Assembly: GCA_039810425.1 (NCBI GenBank) | Contig: JBDHWW010000002.1 | Span: forward strand, 64,001 to 128,000 | DNA: 64,000 bases | Source: Pseudobdellovibrionaceae bacterium | GTDB lineage: Bacteria; Bdellovibrionota; Bdellovibrionia; Bdellovibrionales; Bdellovibrionaceae | Reading direction: 5' to 3' | In this document: positions 1-10,489 of the stretch, in pieces | Layout: each line of letters starts with the position of its first letter | Position numbering within the stretch: position 1 is the first letter of the stretch | Made by a program: the position numbers and the translations under genes | The notes under the pieces: model-generated | Database searches by the model: none | What the model saw: the letters and a program-made list of their open reading frames with translations, nothing else | Told to the model about the DNA's origin: nothing

Positions 1-2
1 TT

Positions 3-1697
3 GTCCTCGCAAAAGAAATGGGCCTTATCGACGCAGACCACCCGCATGAAATGACTGAGGATCTGGAGCAAAAGCTCGTTGAAACTTTCTCGATCCAAAT
101 CATCAACGAATACGATGAACTGACTAAAAAAAGAATTCCGCCTGAAAGTATTCTGCCAAACAAATTCATGGCCACTCGCTACTTGCAGCTTCAACACAGC
201 AACAAGCAAGGTAAGACGTCCGGCGACGGCCGCGGTATTTGGAACGGGACGGTTCAACATCGCGGATTGACTTGGGACGTTTCCAGCCGCGGTACCGGCG
301 TCACGTGTCTTGCACCCGGAGCGGTTGAGGCAAACCGTCCGCTAAAAACCGGCGGTACTGAATTTGGCTATGGTTGCGGCCTTGCTGAGATTGATGAACT
401 CCTCGGAGCGGCGATCCTCGCTGAGATCATGCATCTTCAAGGCATTAATACTGAGCGCGTTCTCTGCACCATCGACCTTGGTCGTGGTTATGGTATCGGT
501 GTGCGTGCCGCCCCGAACTTGATCCGCCCGGCGCATCTGTTTCTATATCTAAAACAAGAACGTCATCCGGAGTTAAAAGCCGCGACAGACTATTTTATTC
601 AACGTCAGGTTGCCAATAAAAAGTGGACGATGAAGTCAAAGCTGAGCACCCAGGCGGCTTATGATGAAATGACGGAGATCGTTGCGGATTCGTTTGCGAA
701 ATTCACGGCGAAATTAGATATTGACTACGTTTTTGCATGGCTGGACTGGGACGGAGACAACGTCTTGGCTGATGCCGGCATCATCGACTATGGCAGCGTC
801 CGTCAGTTTGGTATCCGCCATGACCGCTATCGTTATGATGACGTCGAAAGATTCTCGACAAACTTAAATGAACAGCGCAAGAAAGCCCGATTGATCGTCC
901 AAGTGTTCTTACAGCTCTCTGATTTCTTGAAAACTCAGAAAAAGAAGTCATTGCGTTCGTTTACCAATCACCCAGTGGCATTGAAGTTTGATAAAATGTT
1001 TATCAAACACCGTGCAGAGCGCTTACTTTTCCGCATGGGCTTCAATCAAATCCAACGCGATAACATCCTAAAGAGCAAAACAGACTCTTTCACGCAGTTT
1101 GAAAAAGTCTTTAGTTTTCTTGAGCGCGCTAAGGTCAGCGGCGCGCAAATCAAAGTGGCCGATGGCGTAAATCATCCCGCTTTGTTTAACATGCGCAATA
1201 TCCTCGGCACCTTGCCGCAGTACTATTTGCAAAGCAAAGACTTCTCGAATGCCCACATGGGCGAAGAAGAGTTCTTTAAATCCATCCTCTCGGTTTTTGG
1301 TAAATCTAAAAATGCGAAGCTGGGCCAGAAGCAACGTTTCCATATTCAAAAATTCCAAGCTCTTTATAAAGACCTTGTTGTTTTGGCTGCCGGTAAAGGC
1401 CGTTCAGAGCACATCCTTCGCGGGATTTCTCGTCGTGCGCAGGTTCTGAACTCAGAACAGCGCATCACCGGCAATGCCTTGATCGAAATCGTTGAGGCTG
1501 TCTTGACCGAAAAGAAACGCGGTCTTTCCCATGACCAGATCCAGAAGGTTGTCGACCGCTTTATTCACGATCATTTAGATCTGCCCGAAGCCCCGATCAG
1601 CCGCCACCACAAGCATAAAACCGGTGTGCCAGCAGTGCGTCCGGATCTTTACTCCAAACTACTGACTTTGGTTGCCGACCATCGCGACGATATCTAA
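3..1697 (+). CDS. Divergent SelO/YdiU-like pseudokinase (protein adenylyltransferase family), 5'-truncated by window edge
   Basis: Motifs GDGRG, RGTGxT and DGDN...IIDYG follow the SelO GDGR / KGxGxT / NTDN...IDYG order. The frame is open upstream of ATG18 (VLAKEM). Confidence 0.7.
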   Translation, partial: VLAKEMGLIDADHPHEMTEDLEQKLVETFSIQIINEYDELTKKRIPPESILPNKFMATRYLQLQHSNKQGKTSGDGRGIWNGTVQHRGLTWDVSSRGTGVTCLAPGAVEANRPLKTGGTEFGYGCGLAEIDELLGAAILAEIMHLQGINTERVLCTIDLGRGYGIGVRAAPNLIRPAHLFLYLKQERHPELKAATDYFIQRQVANKKWTMKSKLSTQAAYDEMTEIVADSFAKFTAKLDIDYVFAWLDWDGDNVLADAGIIDYGSVRQFGIRHDRYRYDDVERFSTNLNEQRKKARLIVQVFLQLSDFLKTQKKKSLRSFTNHPVALKFDKMFIKHRAERLLFRMGFNQIQRDNILKSKTDSFTQFEKVFSFLERAKVSGAQIKVADGVNHPALFNMRNILGTLPQYYLQSKDFSNAHMGEEEFFKSILSVFGKSKNAKLGQKQRFHIQKFQALYKDLVVLAAGKGRSEHILRGISRRAQVLNSEQRITGNALIEIVEAVLTEKKRGLSHDQIQKVVDRFIHDHLDLPEAPISRHHKHKTGVPAVRPDLYSKLLTLVADHRDDI

Positions 1698-1706
1698 GAT
1701 ACTCTG

Positions 1707-2555
1707 ATGAGGTATCTATTTTGCCTACTCATAGCGCTGCCGGTGTTTTCTTTTGCGGAAGACGTCTCCCCTAATTTCGAAACCGAAGGTCCCGTGGCCG
1801 CGCCCGCAGAGGCTTCTGAAATCCCACAACCCGATTCACAGAAGTTTGTCGTCGGTTTGAAAACCGTCGACTTTAACTATAAAGAGCCGGACCTCATGTC
1901 TGATCGCGGATGGCTCAGTGGCTTGAATTTTCAGTATCATCGCAAGTTGAGCGAGACAAATACGTTGATCATTTCCGCAGACTACATTCAGGGATCTACG
2001 GTTTACAATGGCGCGCTTCAAACCAACACCGGCAATACAACCCCTTATTCATCGACTGAACAATTCCGTGTCATGAGTCTCGAAGCGGCTTTTAGCGCGT
2101 CGATTACGAACTCGCCTACATGGGGCATCCTCGTCGGTGTTGGCTATCGCAATACTTACGACAACAAAACCGGTCAATATGACTATCGCCGCGACATCAC
2201 TTACTACTACACTGTCCTGGGCCTGACCGCTCAACTGTACAACCAAGGACGGATCAAGGCCGTCGGAGTCGGCGAGCTGAACACTCTCTTGGGTGGTGGG
2301 GCGAAGACCTACCTGTCGGATGTGTCTTCGTCTTATAAAGATGTGAACTTCACCTTTAGAAGTGGGAGTGCAATAAAGATCGGCGTTGAGACCTCTATCA
2401 AAGATTTTATCGGCAAGGAAATCCTTGTGGATGTATCTTACAAGCACTGGACGGTGGCAGATTCTAATATCGAATACGTCGGCAATAGCAGCTATGCCCT
2501 GGAACCCCACAATACGACGGACCTCACTAGCCTCTCCATCGGCTACGTTTTCTAA
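1707..2555 (+). CDS. Outer-membrane beta-barrel protein
   Basis: Signal peptide, alternating amphipathic strands, C-terminal IGYVF (BAM-type signal). Confidence 0.7.
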   Translation: MRYLFCLLIALPVFSFAEDVSPNFETEGPVAAPAEASEIPQPDSQKFVVGLKTVDFNYKEPDLMSDRGWLSGLNFQYHRKLSETNTLIISADYIQGSTVYNGALQTNTGNTTPYSSTEQFRVMSLEAAFSASITNSPTWGILVGVGYRNTYDNKTGQYDYRRDITYYYTVLGLTAQLYNQGRIKAVGVGELNTLLGGGAKTYLSDVSSSYKDVNFTFRSGSAIKIGVETSIKDFIGKEILVDVSYKHWTVADSNIEYVGNSSYALEPHNTTDLTSLSIGYVF

Positions 2556-2615
2556 AGCTCCCGGGAGGGGTCGTTTTCAGACGTGGTCTGCCTCTTGCAG
2601 CCCTTCCTCGAAGCT

Positions 2616-4151
2616 ATGAACCACAGATGGGCTTTACCTACATTAGTGACCACTTTCTGCGTACTTACCCTCGGGATGCTCTACATGTCCCGAAAGCCGG
2701 TCTGTATTGATTCCAAAGTCGTTGAAAGAATTGACAGGGCTGGCGAATCCATTTTTCGCTGCAGCCTGAATAAACACGTGCCTTTTAGCACCTACTTTGA
2801 CGAACATTTACCTGCGATCGAAGGCCGAGTTCAGCAAGTGGAAAAGTTCGTGGATAACATCGCGCCTTACAAGAATTCCTACCGTCTGGTGATCTTGAAA
2901 AACAAACCGAACTACTTCTTGGTAACCAACAACATCATCTACATCGGCGAAACCTTGCTCGAAGCCCGTGGCCATATAGAAAAAGCTTTGCTCAAAACTT
3001 GGTACCGCGAAAACGCTCAGCATCTGTTTGCTTATGAGATTCTCTTTGAAGAGGTTTACACCGACTTCATGCTTTACCTCGCAAAAGGCAGCCTGAAAAT
3101 CGAAGATCCCTTCCGTGGCGCCCGCACGCGTATTGGAGGCTCACGTTGGCCTCAGGTTCTAAAATCGACTCAGGCGTATTGCCAATCGCCTTGGAAGAAC
3201 TCTGAGCACTATCGCTTCTGCGCGCAGATGCAGATGCAGGATTCCCCGCTTAAAGACCAAGTTGCCGAGCTGAGTCTCCGCCCATTACTCGTGTCGAGCT
3301 GGATTGAAGCCTACGACAGCCTTAGTTTCAAAGATCAATACCGACTGGTTCGCAACCTGAAGGAGCTTGTCACCGGCGACCACAGTCCGGATCTTCCGCT
3401 TGTGAAAACCGGCGGCTTCATTCCGCAGAGCGCGCCCCTGCTCGAAGCCTCTGAAGCGGTGAAGAACATCAGCAACTTTTTGATGAGTTCAAATTTAACG
3501 AAAACCTCTGAGGTTCAACGGGTGTTTGTGACTTTAGTGGCCAATAACCTCAGCCGTTATGGGTACAACGACGCTTTAGGCGGTATTAATTTCGACTTGT
3601 TGATTGTGAACGATACGAAGATCAATCCTTCATCCGAACAGTTCAAACACTTCCTAACGCTATCCCAGCAGAACCCGCGCACGAAGATCGCGTTGAAAGA
3701 CCCAGAAAACCTCTGGATGTTGCCATCGGCTTATCCAATCCACTGGCGCGCGATTGATTCTTTGCATGCCAACCGCCTGGTTTACAGCAAGTGTGGCAGC
3801 TACGATTTTAATTTTATATGGCAGTTCTCCCTGAACACAGAGAAGTTATTGATCTTGAATGTCTGCAAAGATCAGAAGGTCAACTTAGCCGGTTATATTA
3901 AAGAAGGTCCCGAAGCTTTCGGTGAACAGAATAAAAATATTCCGTTCATCCAATTCCATATCCCTTCTTTGTTGATGCGTAAGAATCAACTTGCGGGCGT
4001 CAACAATGTTTATGAGCTCGTCACCCGCCGTGAGATTGACAATCCGGTCTTCCAAAGCTTGGGCTGGCAAAAGCTCCAATGGAGTGAGCGCGCACAAGCT
4101 TATCAACCTAAGTCCTTCATTGAAGGCATCGAGTGGTTTAAGGTTCAATAA
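2616..4151 (+). CDS. Hypothetical membrane-anchored protein
   Basis: Long ORF with N-terminal TM helix after ATG2616 (track start 2583 is GTG). Confidence 0.6.
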   Translation: MNHRWALPTLVTTFCVLTLGMLYMSRKPVCIDSKVVERIDRAGESIFRCSLNKHVPFSTYFDEHLPAIEGRVQQVEKFVDNIAPYKNSYRLVILKNKPNYFLVTNNIIYIGETLLEARGHIEKALLKTWYRENAQHLFAYEILFEEVYTDFMLYLAKGSLKIEDPFRGARTRIGGSRWPQVLKSTQAYCQSPWKNSEHYRFCAQMQMQDSPLKDQVAELSLRPLLVSSWIEAYDSLSFKDQYRLVRNLKELVTGDHSPDLPLVKTGGFIPQSAPLLEASEAVKNISNFLMSSNLTKTSEVQRVFVTLVANNLSRYGYNDALGGINFDLLIVNDTKINPSSEQFKHFLTLSQQNPRTKIALKDPENLWMLPSAYPIHWRAIDSLHANRLVYSKCGSYDFNFIWQFSLNTEKLLILNVCKDQKVNLAGYIKEGPEAFGEQNKNIPFIQFHIPSLLMRKNQLAGVNNVYELVTRREIDNPVFQSLGWQKLQWSERAQAYQPKSFIEGIEWFKVQ

Positions 4152-4167
4152 CTGCTGAGTTTTATAG

Positions 4168-5088
4168 TTAAACTTTTCCGAGGGGTTTTAAAAAACCTAC
4201 CTTACCCACTTTCGTGGAAAGAGTGTGCTGGATTTTTTCTGTAAGCCAGGGATAGATCGCAACCATCTTGTCTATATCAAGGCCTGTCTTCACTCCCATC
4301 CCATGGAACATATAAGCGACATCTTCCGTCGATACGTTGCCGGCCGCGCCGGGGGCATAAGGGCATCCGCCGAGTCCGCCCACGCTAGCATCAAACACTT
4401 TTACGCCCAACTCATAGGCTTCTAGAATATTCGCGAGTGCGGTCCCACGTGTATCATGGAAGTGCGCTGCGAGCATTTTCACGGGAATCGCTTTTTTGAG
4501 TTTCTTAAAGACGCTTTGGACTTGCGCAGGATTGGCGACACCGATGGTGTCACCGATGGAAATCTCGTAGCAGCCTAACTGATGCAGGCGTTTTGCAAGC
4601 TGCACGACTTTGGCTTCAGAAACTTTTCCTTCAAACGGACAACCAAAACAGGTGCTAAGATACCCACGGACTTTGATTTTATGCTTCTTTGCGAGCACCA
4701 TCACTGGCTTAAAACGCTCAAAGCTCTCATCGATCGTACAGTTGATATTTTTCTTCGAAAACGATTCACTGGCGGCGGCAAAGATCGCGACTTCTTTCAC
4801 GCCAGACTCGATCGCCATCATCATGCCCTTTTCATTCGGCACAAGCACAGAGAACTCGGTTCCCTTGGGCGTTTTCATTTGCATCGCGGCGGCCGTGACT
4901 TCCCTAGAGCCCGCCATTTGCGGAACCCATTGCGGAGAAACAAATGCGCCCACTTCAATTCGGCGGGCGCCGATATCTAAAAGGTGCTTTAGAAGCTCCA
5001 AACGCGCGTCTGTCGACAAAACGATTTTTTCGTTTTGCAATCCATCTCGCAGAGCCATTTCTACTATCGTGACTTTTTTCGCTGCCAT
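4168..5088 (-). CDS. liuE: Hydroxymethylglutaryl-CoA lyase
   Basis: RDGLQNE, HFHDTRG and GGLGGCPYAPGA motifs. Confidence 0.95.
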   Translation of the reverse strand: MAAKKVTIVEMALRDGLQNEKIVLSTDARLELLKHLLDIGARRIEVGAFVSPQWVPQMAGSREVTAAAMQMKTPKGTEFSVLVPNEKGMMMAIESGVKEVAIFAAASESFSKKNINCTIDESFERFKPVMVLAKKHKIKVRGYLSTCFGCPFEGKVSEAKVVQLAKRLHQLGCYEISIGDTIGVANPAQVQSVFKKLKKAIPVKMLAAHFHDTRGTALANILEAYELGVKVFDASVGGLGGCPYAPGAAGNVSTEDVAYMFHGMGVKTGLDIDKMVAIYPWLTEKIQHTLSTKVGKVGFLKPLGKV

Positions 5089-5095
5089 TTAAACC

Positions 5096-5473
5096 TTAAG
5101 CCTTTGCCGCTTCAATTTTCACGAGCAATTTACCAAGAACCACTTGGTCCCCGGCCCGGCATTCGATTTGCCCGATTTTACCGGCGATCTCGGCTTTTAA
5201 AGTATACTCCATCTTCATGGCTTCCATCACTAGCACCGCTTGGCCTTTCGTGATTTCCTGACCTGGATTCACCAAGATCTTGGTTACTTTCCCCGGCATT
5301 GGCGCCAAAACCGTTTCAGAAGAAGCACCCCCACCGGCTTTGTGGCGTTTACGTCCCGCGGGTTTCCCTTCGATAGCAAAAGTACGACCATTGAAGTGAA
5401 CCCAAAGAGTGTCTTTGATCAACTGGGCTTCGGCTTTAAGATCCGTGCCATTATGGCGAACTTTAATTTCCAT
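5096..5473 (-). CDS. Biotin carboxyl carrier protein (separate C-terminal part of methylcrotonyl-CoA carboxylase alpha)
   Basis: APMPGKV and EAMKME biotinylation motif. ATG5473 overlaps the upstream stop (TAATG). Confidence 0.9.
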   Translation of the reverse strand: MEIKVRHNGTDLKAEAQLIKDTLWVHFNGRTFAIEGKPAGRKRHKAGGGASSETVLAPMPGKVTKILVNPGQEITKGQAVLVMEAMKMEYTLKAEIAGKIGQIECRAGDQVVLGKLLVKIEAAKA

Positions 5474-6966
5474 TAGATACCTCTCCAGAAAGTCTGCCAT
5501 GGCGATTCAATAGTCAACGCATGCACATGGTGAGCGGAAGACGCCCCCACGCCGCGAAGCTGTTGCAGAGCTTTTTCAACAATCTTCTTATCGGCCTCAG
5601 AAAGTTGCGGCTGTGCAATGGGATCTTTAAAGTAATTTTCAATAAATCGTGTCGTCATTGTCCCATTAGCGAATTCGGCATGGTTGAGGATCTCAATCAA
5701 GTACGGAATATTCGTGTAAACACCAAAGACAACTGACTCTTTTAAAACACGAATCATTTTTTGGATCGCTCGCGAACGGTTTTCGTCCCAGACAATAACT
5801 TTCGCGATCATTGGGTCATAGAACGGAGTAATCTCATCACCTTCTTCAAAGCCGTATTCATAGCGACGGCCCGGGCCCTCTGGCCACTCGATTATACCAA
5901 GTTTGCCTGTACTGGGAACACCACCAAGATACGGGTTCTCAGCGTAAATACGGCATTCAATGGAGTGACCGTGTGGAACACGGATTTGTTGGGGATTGAA
6001 AACAAACTCGCCTTGAGCCGTCAAGATCTGAGCTTTTACAAGATCCACCCCCATGACCATTTCAGTCACTGGATGCTCTACCTGCAGACGCGTATTCACT
6101 TCCAGGAGATAGAACTTCCCCTCTTGAAGAAGAAACTCAACCGTGCCCGCACCCTTGTATTTACCAAGCTCTGCAATGGCACAAGCCGCCTCGCCCATTT
6201 GGCGGCGCAGCTCGTCCGTCAAGGAAGGTGAAGTGGCTTCTTCAATAATTTTCTGGTGACGACGCTGAACCGAACATTCCCGGTCAAAGTAGTGCATTAC
6301 TTTACCCGTTGAATCGCCAAAGATTTGGAATTCGATGTGTTTTGCGCGGTCCAAATATTTTTCGATGAATACTTTTGCTGAACCAAACGCCGACAAAGCT
6401 TCCCGCTGAGCGGATTCGATCTGTTCGCGGGCCTCTTTCACGTTTGTAATGAGCTTCATGCCACGGCCACCGCCGCCGGCCGCCGCTTTCACAATCACAG
6501 GGAAGCCAATATTTTCCGCTTCCGCCATCAAACGAGAGACCTCTTGTTGTTCACCTTCGTAGCCCGGCACCAAAGGAAGACCGGCTTTTTTTGCAAGCTC
6601 CTTACAATGGACTTTGTCGCCAAGCGCGCGAATGGCTTTTGCCGACGGACCAATAAATACGATGCCGGCTTTATCACAGGCTTCGGCAAAATCAGCGTTC
6701 TCAGATAGGAAACCAAAACCAGGGTGAACCGCTTCAGCACCGCCGGCAAGAACACCTTCGATATTGGCAGGAATATTCAAGTAACTTTTGGCAGTTTCCG
6801 CAGGGCCAATACAAACCGTCTTTGTCGCCATACGGAAAGCACGTGTGCCAATGTCGGCCTCAGAGTGCAAAAGAACCGTTTCGATCCCCATCTCTTCACA
6901 TGCTTTAATAATACGAACAGCCACTTCACCGCGATTGGCGATGGCAATGCGTTTGAACTTTTTCAT
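5473..6966 (-). CDS. liuD: Biotin carboxylase subunit (methylcrotonyl-CoA carboxylase alpha)
   Basis: IANRGEVA, GGGGRGM, RECSVQRRHQK and EVNTRLQVEHPVTE motifs; liu operon context. Confidence 0.9.
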   Translation of the reverse strand: MKKFKRIAIANRGEVAVRIIKACEEMGIETVLLHSEADIGTRAFRMATKTVCIGPAETAKSYLNIPANIEGVLAGGAEAVHPGFGFLSENADFAEACDKAGIVFIGPSAKAIRALGDKVHCKELAKKAGLPLVPGYEGEQQEVSRLMAEAENIGFPVIVKAAAGGGGRGMKLITNVKEAREQIESAQREALSAFGSAKVFIEKYLDRAKHIEFQIFGDSTGKVMHYFDRECSVQRRHQKIIEEATSPSLTDELRRQMGEAACAIAELGKYKGAGTVEFLLQEGKFYLLEVNTRLQVEHPVTEMVMGVDLVKAQILTAQGEFVFNPQQIRVPHGHSIECRIYAENPYLGGVPSTGKLGIIEWPEGPGRRYEYGFEEGDEITPFYDPMIAKVIVWDENRSRAIQKMIRVLKESVVFGVYTNIPYLIEILNHAEFANGTMTTRFIENYFKDPIAQPQLSEADKKIVEKALQQLRGVGASSAHHVHALTIESPWQTFWRGI

Positions 6967-7746
6967 TTAAGTATTTCTCCAACCAGGACTGCGTTTTTCG
7001 AGGAAGCTCTTAAGACCTTCCTGCCCTTCGCTACTGACACGGCGTTCAGCGATCAACTGGCTCGTACGCTTGCGTTGATCATCCCAAGAAAGGTTTGGAA
7101 TATCATTCAATAATTTTTTAGTCTCGCGAACCGCCTCGGGTCCACATTCTTTGTATGCTTTCAACACGTGCTCTAAACGAACCGCGAAGTCCGTGCTAGA
7201 AGCCACCTCATTCACTAGCCCCGCATCCGCTGCCTGAGAGGAGTTAAACACGGCGCCCGACATCATGAAATGACGAACCTTGCCCGCAGCCACTTTACGA
7301 TTGATGAAAGAGCTGATCACCGCCGGAGCGATTCCCAGCTTCACCTCGCTGAAGCAGAACTGTGATTGCGAATCCGCAATCACGTAGTCACAACAAGCGA
7401 CCAAACCCAAAGCACCGCCGAACGCCGCACCTTGAACCAGACCGATCACCGGCAAACCGCATTTTGCAATCGCTTCAAACATCGCAAACAGTTTTAAACT
7501 GTCTTCTTTGTTTTGCTCCAAGGTGTAGTTCACCATTTCACGCATCCAATTCAAATCCGCGCCGGCGCAGAACACTTTACCTTCGCCTTGTAAAACCACG
7601 GCCCGAAGATCCGCGCGAGTGTTCAAGCTCGCGAAGACTTTGGTGATATCCGCGATCATACTTGGATCAAAGGCATTACGGATATCCGGACGATTCAATT
7701 TAACGTGGGCTACTTGAGCCGTTTCTTTAACTTCAACAAATGACAT
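6967..7746 (-). CDS. liuC: Enoyl-CoA hydratase family, likely methylglutaconyl-CoA hydratase
   Basis: LNRPDIRNAFD, FCAGADL and FSEVKLGIAP motifs; operon context. Confidence 0.88.
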   Translation of the reverse strand: MSFVEVKETAQVAHVKLNRPDIRNAFDPSMIADITKVFASLNTRADLRAVVLQGEGKVFCAGADLNWMREMVNYTLEQNKEDSLKLFAMFEAIAKCGLPVIGLVQGAAFGGALGLVACCDYVIADSQSQFCFSEVKLGIAPAVISSFINRKVAAGKVRHFMMSGAVFNSSQAADAGLVNEVASSTDFAVRLEHVLKAYKECGPEAVRETKKLLNDIPNLSWDDQRKRTSQLIAERRVSSEGQEGLKSFLEKRSPGWRNT

Positions 7747-7749
7747 GCA

Positions 7750-9357
7750 TTACATCCTGAAGACGCCCTGAACTTGCGGGCCCCATTCTTTGTTTAAGCT
7801 TGCCGCAAGACCGAGGGCCAAAACGCGGCGAGTATCCGCTGGATCGATTATGCCATCATCCCAGAGACGGGCTGAAGAATAGTAAGCAGAACTTTCGTGA
7901 TCGTATTTTTCCAAAGTCGGACGTTTGAATTCAGCTTGCTGTTCTGGAGTCATGGTCTGTCCCTTCGCGGCGATCTGATCCATCTTTACTGTCAGCAAAA
8001 CATTGGAAGCCTGCTCGCCCCCCATCACGCTGATACGGGCGTTCGGCCACATCCACAACTGGCGAGGCTGGAACGCGCGACCACACATTCCGTAGTTACC
8101 GGCGCCATAAGAGCCACCGATCACAACTGTGAACTTCGGAACACGCGCATTCGAGACGGCCATGACCATCTTTGCGCCATGCTTTGCAATCCCTTCGTTT
8201 TCATATTTCTGGCCAACCATGAAGCCCGTGATATTCTGCAAAAAGATCAAAGGCACTTCACGTTGTTCGCACAGCTCGATGAAGTGCGCCGCCTTCAAAG
8301 AACTTTCGCTGAACAACACGCCGTTGTTCGCGATGATTCCCACGGGCATTCCCCAGATGTGAGCCAAACCGGTTACTAAAGTTTTGCCGTACAAAGGTTT
8401 GAACTCATGGAACTTCGAACCATCCACGATCCGTGCAATCACTTCACGCACGTCATATGGTATACGCGAGTCTTTAGGGATCACGCCGTAAATTTCTTTG
8501 GCGTCATACAACGGCTCCACTACTGGCAAGGTTTTCATCGTCACCTCACGGCGATGATTCAGGTGCGCCACGATTGAGCGTGTGATTTCAATCGCGTGCT
8601 GATCGTCTTCCGCAAAGTGATCGGTCACGCCGCTGACTTCACAGTGAACTTTCGCGCCACCCAAAGTTTGCGCATCAACTACTTCACCGGTGGCCGCCTT
8701 CACCAAAGGAGGACCACCTAAGAAGATCGTCCCGTTATCTTTTACGATCACATTCTCATCACTCATCGCGGGAACATACGCCCCGCCCGCCGTGCAAGAA
8801 CCCATCACCACAGAGATCTGCGGAATGTTCTGAGCGCTCATGCGAGCTTGATTATAGAAAATCCTGCCGAAGTGGTCTCGGTCTGGGAAAACTTCCGCTT
8901 GCAGCGGCAAAAACGCGCCCCCAGAGTCAACCAGGTAAATACAAGGCAAACCGTTTTCCATCGCGATTTCTTGCGCGCGAAGGTGCTTCTTCACCGTCAT
9001 AGGGAAGTACGTACCACCCTTTACCGTCGCATCGTTTGCAACGATCACGCACTCCGTCCCGTGAATCACACCAATCCCCGTGATCACACCCGCTGCGGGA
9101 GCCGAATTTTCGTACATCTCCCAAGCTGCCAAAGTCGAGAACTCCAGAAACGCCGACCCAGGATCAAGCAAGGCTTCGATACGCTCGCGCGCTGTCAGCT
9201 TGCCGCGGGATTTGTGTTTTTTCATCGCCTCTTCGCCACCACCCAATTTCACTTGATCGAGGCGAGAACGCCATTGTCCCACAAATCCCATCATTGCTTC
9301 AGTATTCACTTTAAAGTCGGCGGAGTTACTATCAACAAGGCTTTCAATTACTTCCAC
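7750..9357 (-). CDS. liuB: Methylcrotonyl-CoA carboxylase beta (carboxyltransferase) subunit
   Basis: [28 protein letters not shown] motifs and C-terminal GVFRM. GTG start after GGAG. Confidence 0.95.
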   Translation of the reverse strand: MEVIESLVDSNSADFKVNTEAMMGFVGQWRSRLDQVKLGGGEEAMKKHKSRGKLTARERIEALLDPGSAFLEFSTLAAWEMYENSAPAAGVITGIGVIHGTECVIVANDATVKGGTYFPMTVKKHLRAQEIAMENGLPCIYLVDSGGAFLPLQAEVFPDRDHFGRIFYNQARMSAQNIPQISVVMGSCTAGGAYVPAMSDENVIVKDNGTIFLGGPPLVKAATGEVVDAQTLGGAKVHCEVSGVTDHFAEDDQHAIEITRSIVAHLNHRREVTMKTLPVVEPLYDAKEIYGVIPKDSRIPYDVREVIARIVDGSKFHEFKPLYGKTLVTGLAHIWGMPVGIIANNGVLFSESSLKAAHFIELCEQREVPLIFLQNITGFMVGQKYENEGIAKHGAKMVMAVSNARVPKFTVVIGGSYGAGNYGMCGRAFQPRQLWMWPNARISVMGGEQASNVLLTVKMDQIAAKGQTMTPEQQAEFKRPTLEKYDHESSAYYSSARLWDDGIIDPADTRRVLALGLAASLNKEWGPQVQGVFRM

Positions 9358-9366
9358 GAAAACTCC

Positions 9367-9930
9367 TTAGGGTGCTGTCAATCTGGCAATGTGTTTCAAC
9401 TGCAAAGTCATTGTGGCTTCGGCCACGGATTTTTCTTTTTCGTCAAAGAAGTGCAAAGTCACTTCGGTCTCGGCTCTATGGTGAGCGCGAATTTGCGCAA
9501 ATACGGTTTCACGCTGAATCTCAGGCAGCTCCATGCGAACGCGCACATCGCCCGTGTATTCCTGCAAAACTTGAAACTGAGCGCGAGACATATGCACATG
9601 GAATTCACCAAGTGGGGCATGGCGGAGCCACAACAAGCGCGCCGCTTCGAGCGCGCCGGTCAACAACGCGCCTTCGTGAATCCGGCCTTCGTCATCCTGG
9701 TTGCGTTTACGAACCGGCACAACCAGCTCAACATGACGGTCCGACAGGCGTGTGATGCGAAAACCCATCCCGGCAGAGAATGGACGCAAGAAATCCAGAG
9801 CATAGCTCAAAGCCGTCCGCGTAGATTTCGGCGCAACACCTTCAACAAAAGCTGCCAAATCCGTTGGCCGTAAACTAAGCCCCCGGTCTTTGAGATTTTT
9901 CTCGAGATTTTTACGGAGTGTTGAAAGCAT
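9367..9930 (-). CDS. Hotdog-fold (thioesterase-like, DUF4442/YiiD-like) protein
   Basis: PFSAGMGFRI...NQ...IHEGAL hotdog pattern; first gene of the liu operon. Confidence 0.6.
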   Translation of the reverse strand: MLSTLRKNLEKNLKDRGLSLRPTDLAAFVEGVAPKSTRTALSYALDFLRPFSAGMGFRITRLSDRHVELVVPVRKRNQDDEGRIHEGALLTGALEAARLLWLRHAPLGEFHVHMSRAQFQVLQEYTGDVRVRMELPEIQRETVFAQIRAHHRAETEVTLHFFDEKEKSVAEATMTLQLKHIARLTAP

Positions 9931-10016
9931 GGGCTCCCCCTTTCACACGCTATCCTGTTGAAAAATACGGGATATCATGCTCCTATGTGGTTGTCTAAGA
10001 GAGGAACTGGGGATCT

Positions 10017-10484
10017 ATGAAAAAAATTGTGAGTTTGGTTATTTTCACGGCCGCGTTGTTTTGGACTTGGAACGTTATTCATAGCTCAGCCGCAATTGGC
10101 TTCGAGACGCACTCCGGCATTCAAGAGAAATTAGCTATTTTGATCAAGCAAACAGTGATGACTAAAAAGCCAACGGCGAAAAATTTTAAAATCATCCGCC
10201 TCTGGACAGAGCCTATGAGCGAAAACAAAGTTCGTGCGGTGTTTGCTTATTCTTTCAGCGACGCAATGGAAGCTGATAGTACGGAACAGACCGTTGAAGG
10301 CGAGGCGGTTCTTTTCCGGGAGCCTGAAGACGAATCTGGTCAAGACAAATGGACGCTGCAAAGCGTTCGCACAACCAATGACATCGTGACGTTCAGCGAA
10401 GGGTTGACGGTCACTCCTAACTCGGGCCCAGAACCTTCTGACGCGGCACCAACTCCTCCTCCAGCCGCAGAACCTGCACACTAA
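10017..10484 (+). CDS. Hypothetical exported protein
   Basis: N-terminal hydrophobic segment and Pro/Ala-rich tail. Confidence 0.6.
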   Translation: MKKIVSLVIFTAALFWTWNVIHSSAAIGFETHSGIQEKLAILIKQTVMTKKPTAKNFKIIRLWTEPMSENKVRAVFAYSFSDAMEADSTEQTVEGEAVLFREPEDESGQDKWTLQSVRTTNDIVTFSEGLTVTPNSGPEPSDAAPTPPPAAEPAH

Positions 10485-10489
10485 TCCGT

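Noticed and set aside
2616..4151. Zincin-like protease (IYIGETLL...GHIEKALL)
   Set aside because: No HExxH motif; the resemblance is too weak to call.
8848..9873. 341-aa plus-strand ORF and many similar antisense ORFs
   Set aside because: Shadow frames opposite well-supported genes, with no recognisable motifs.
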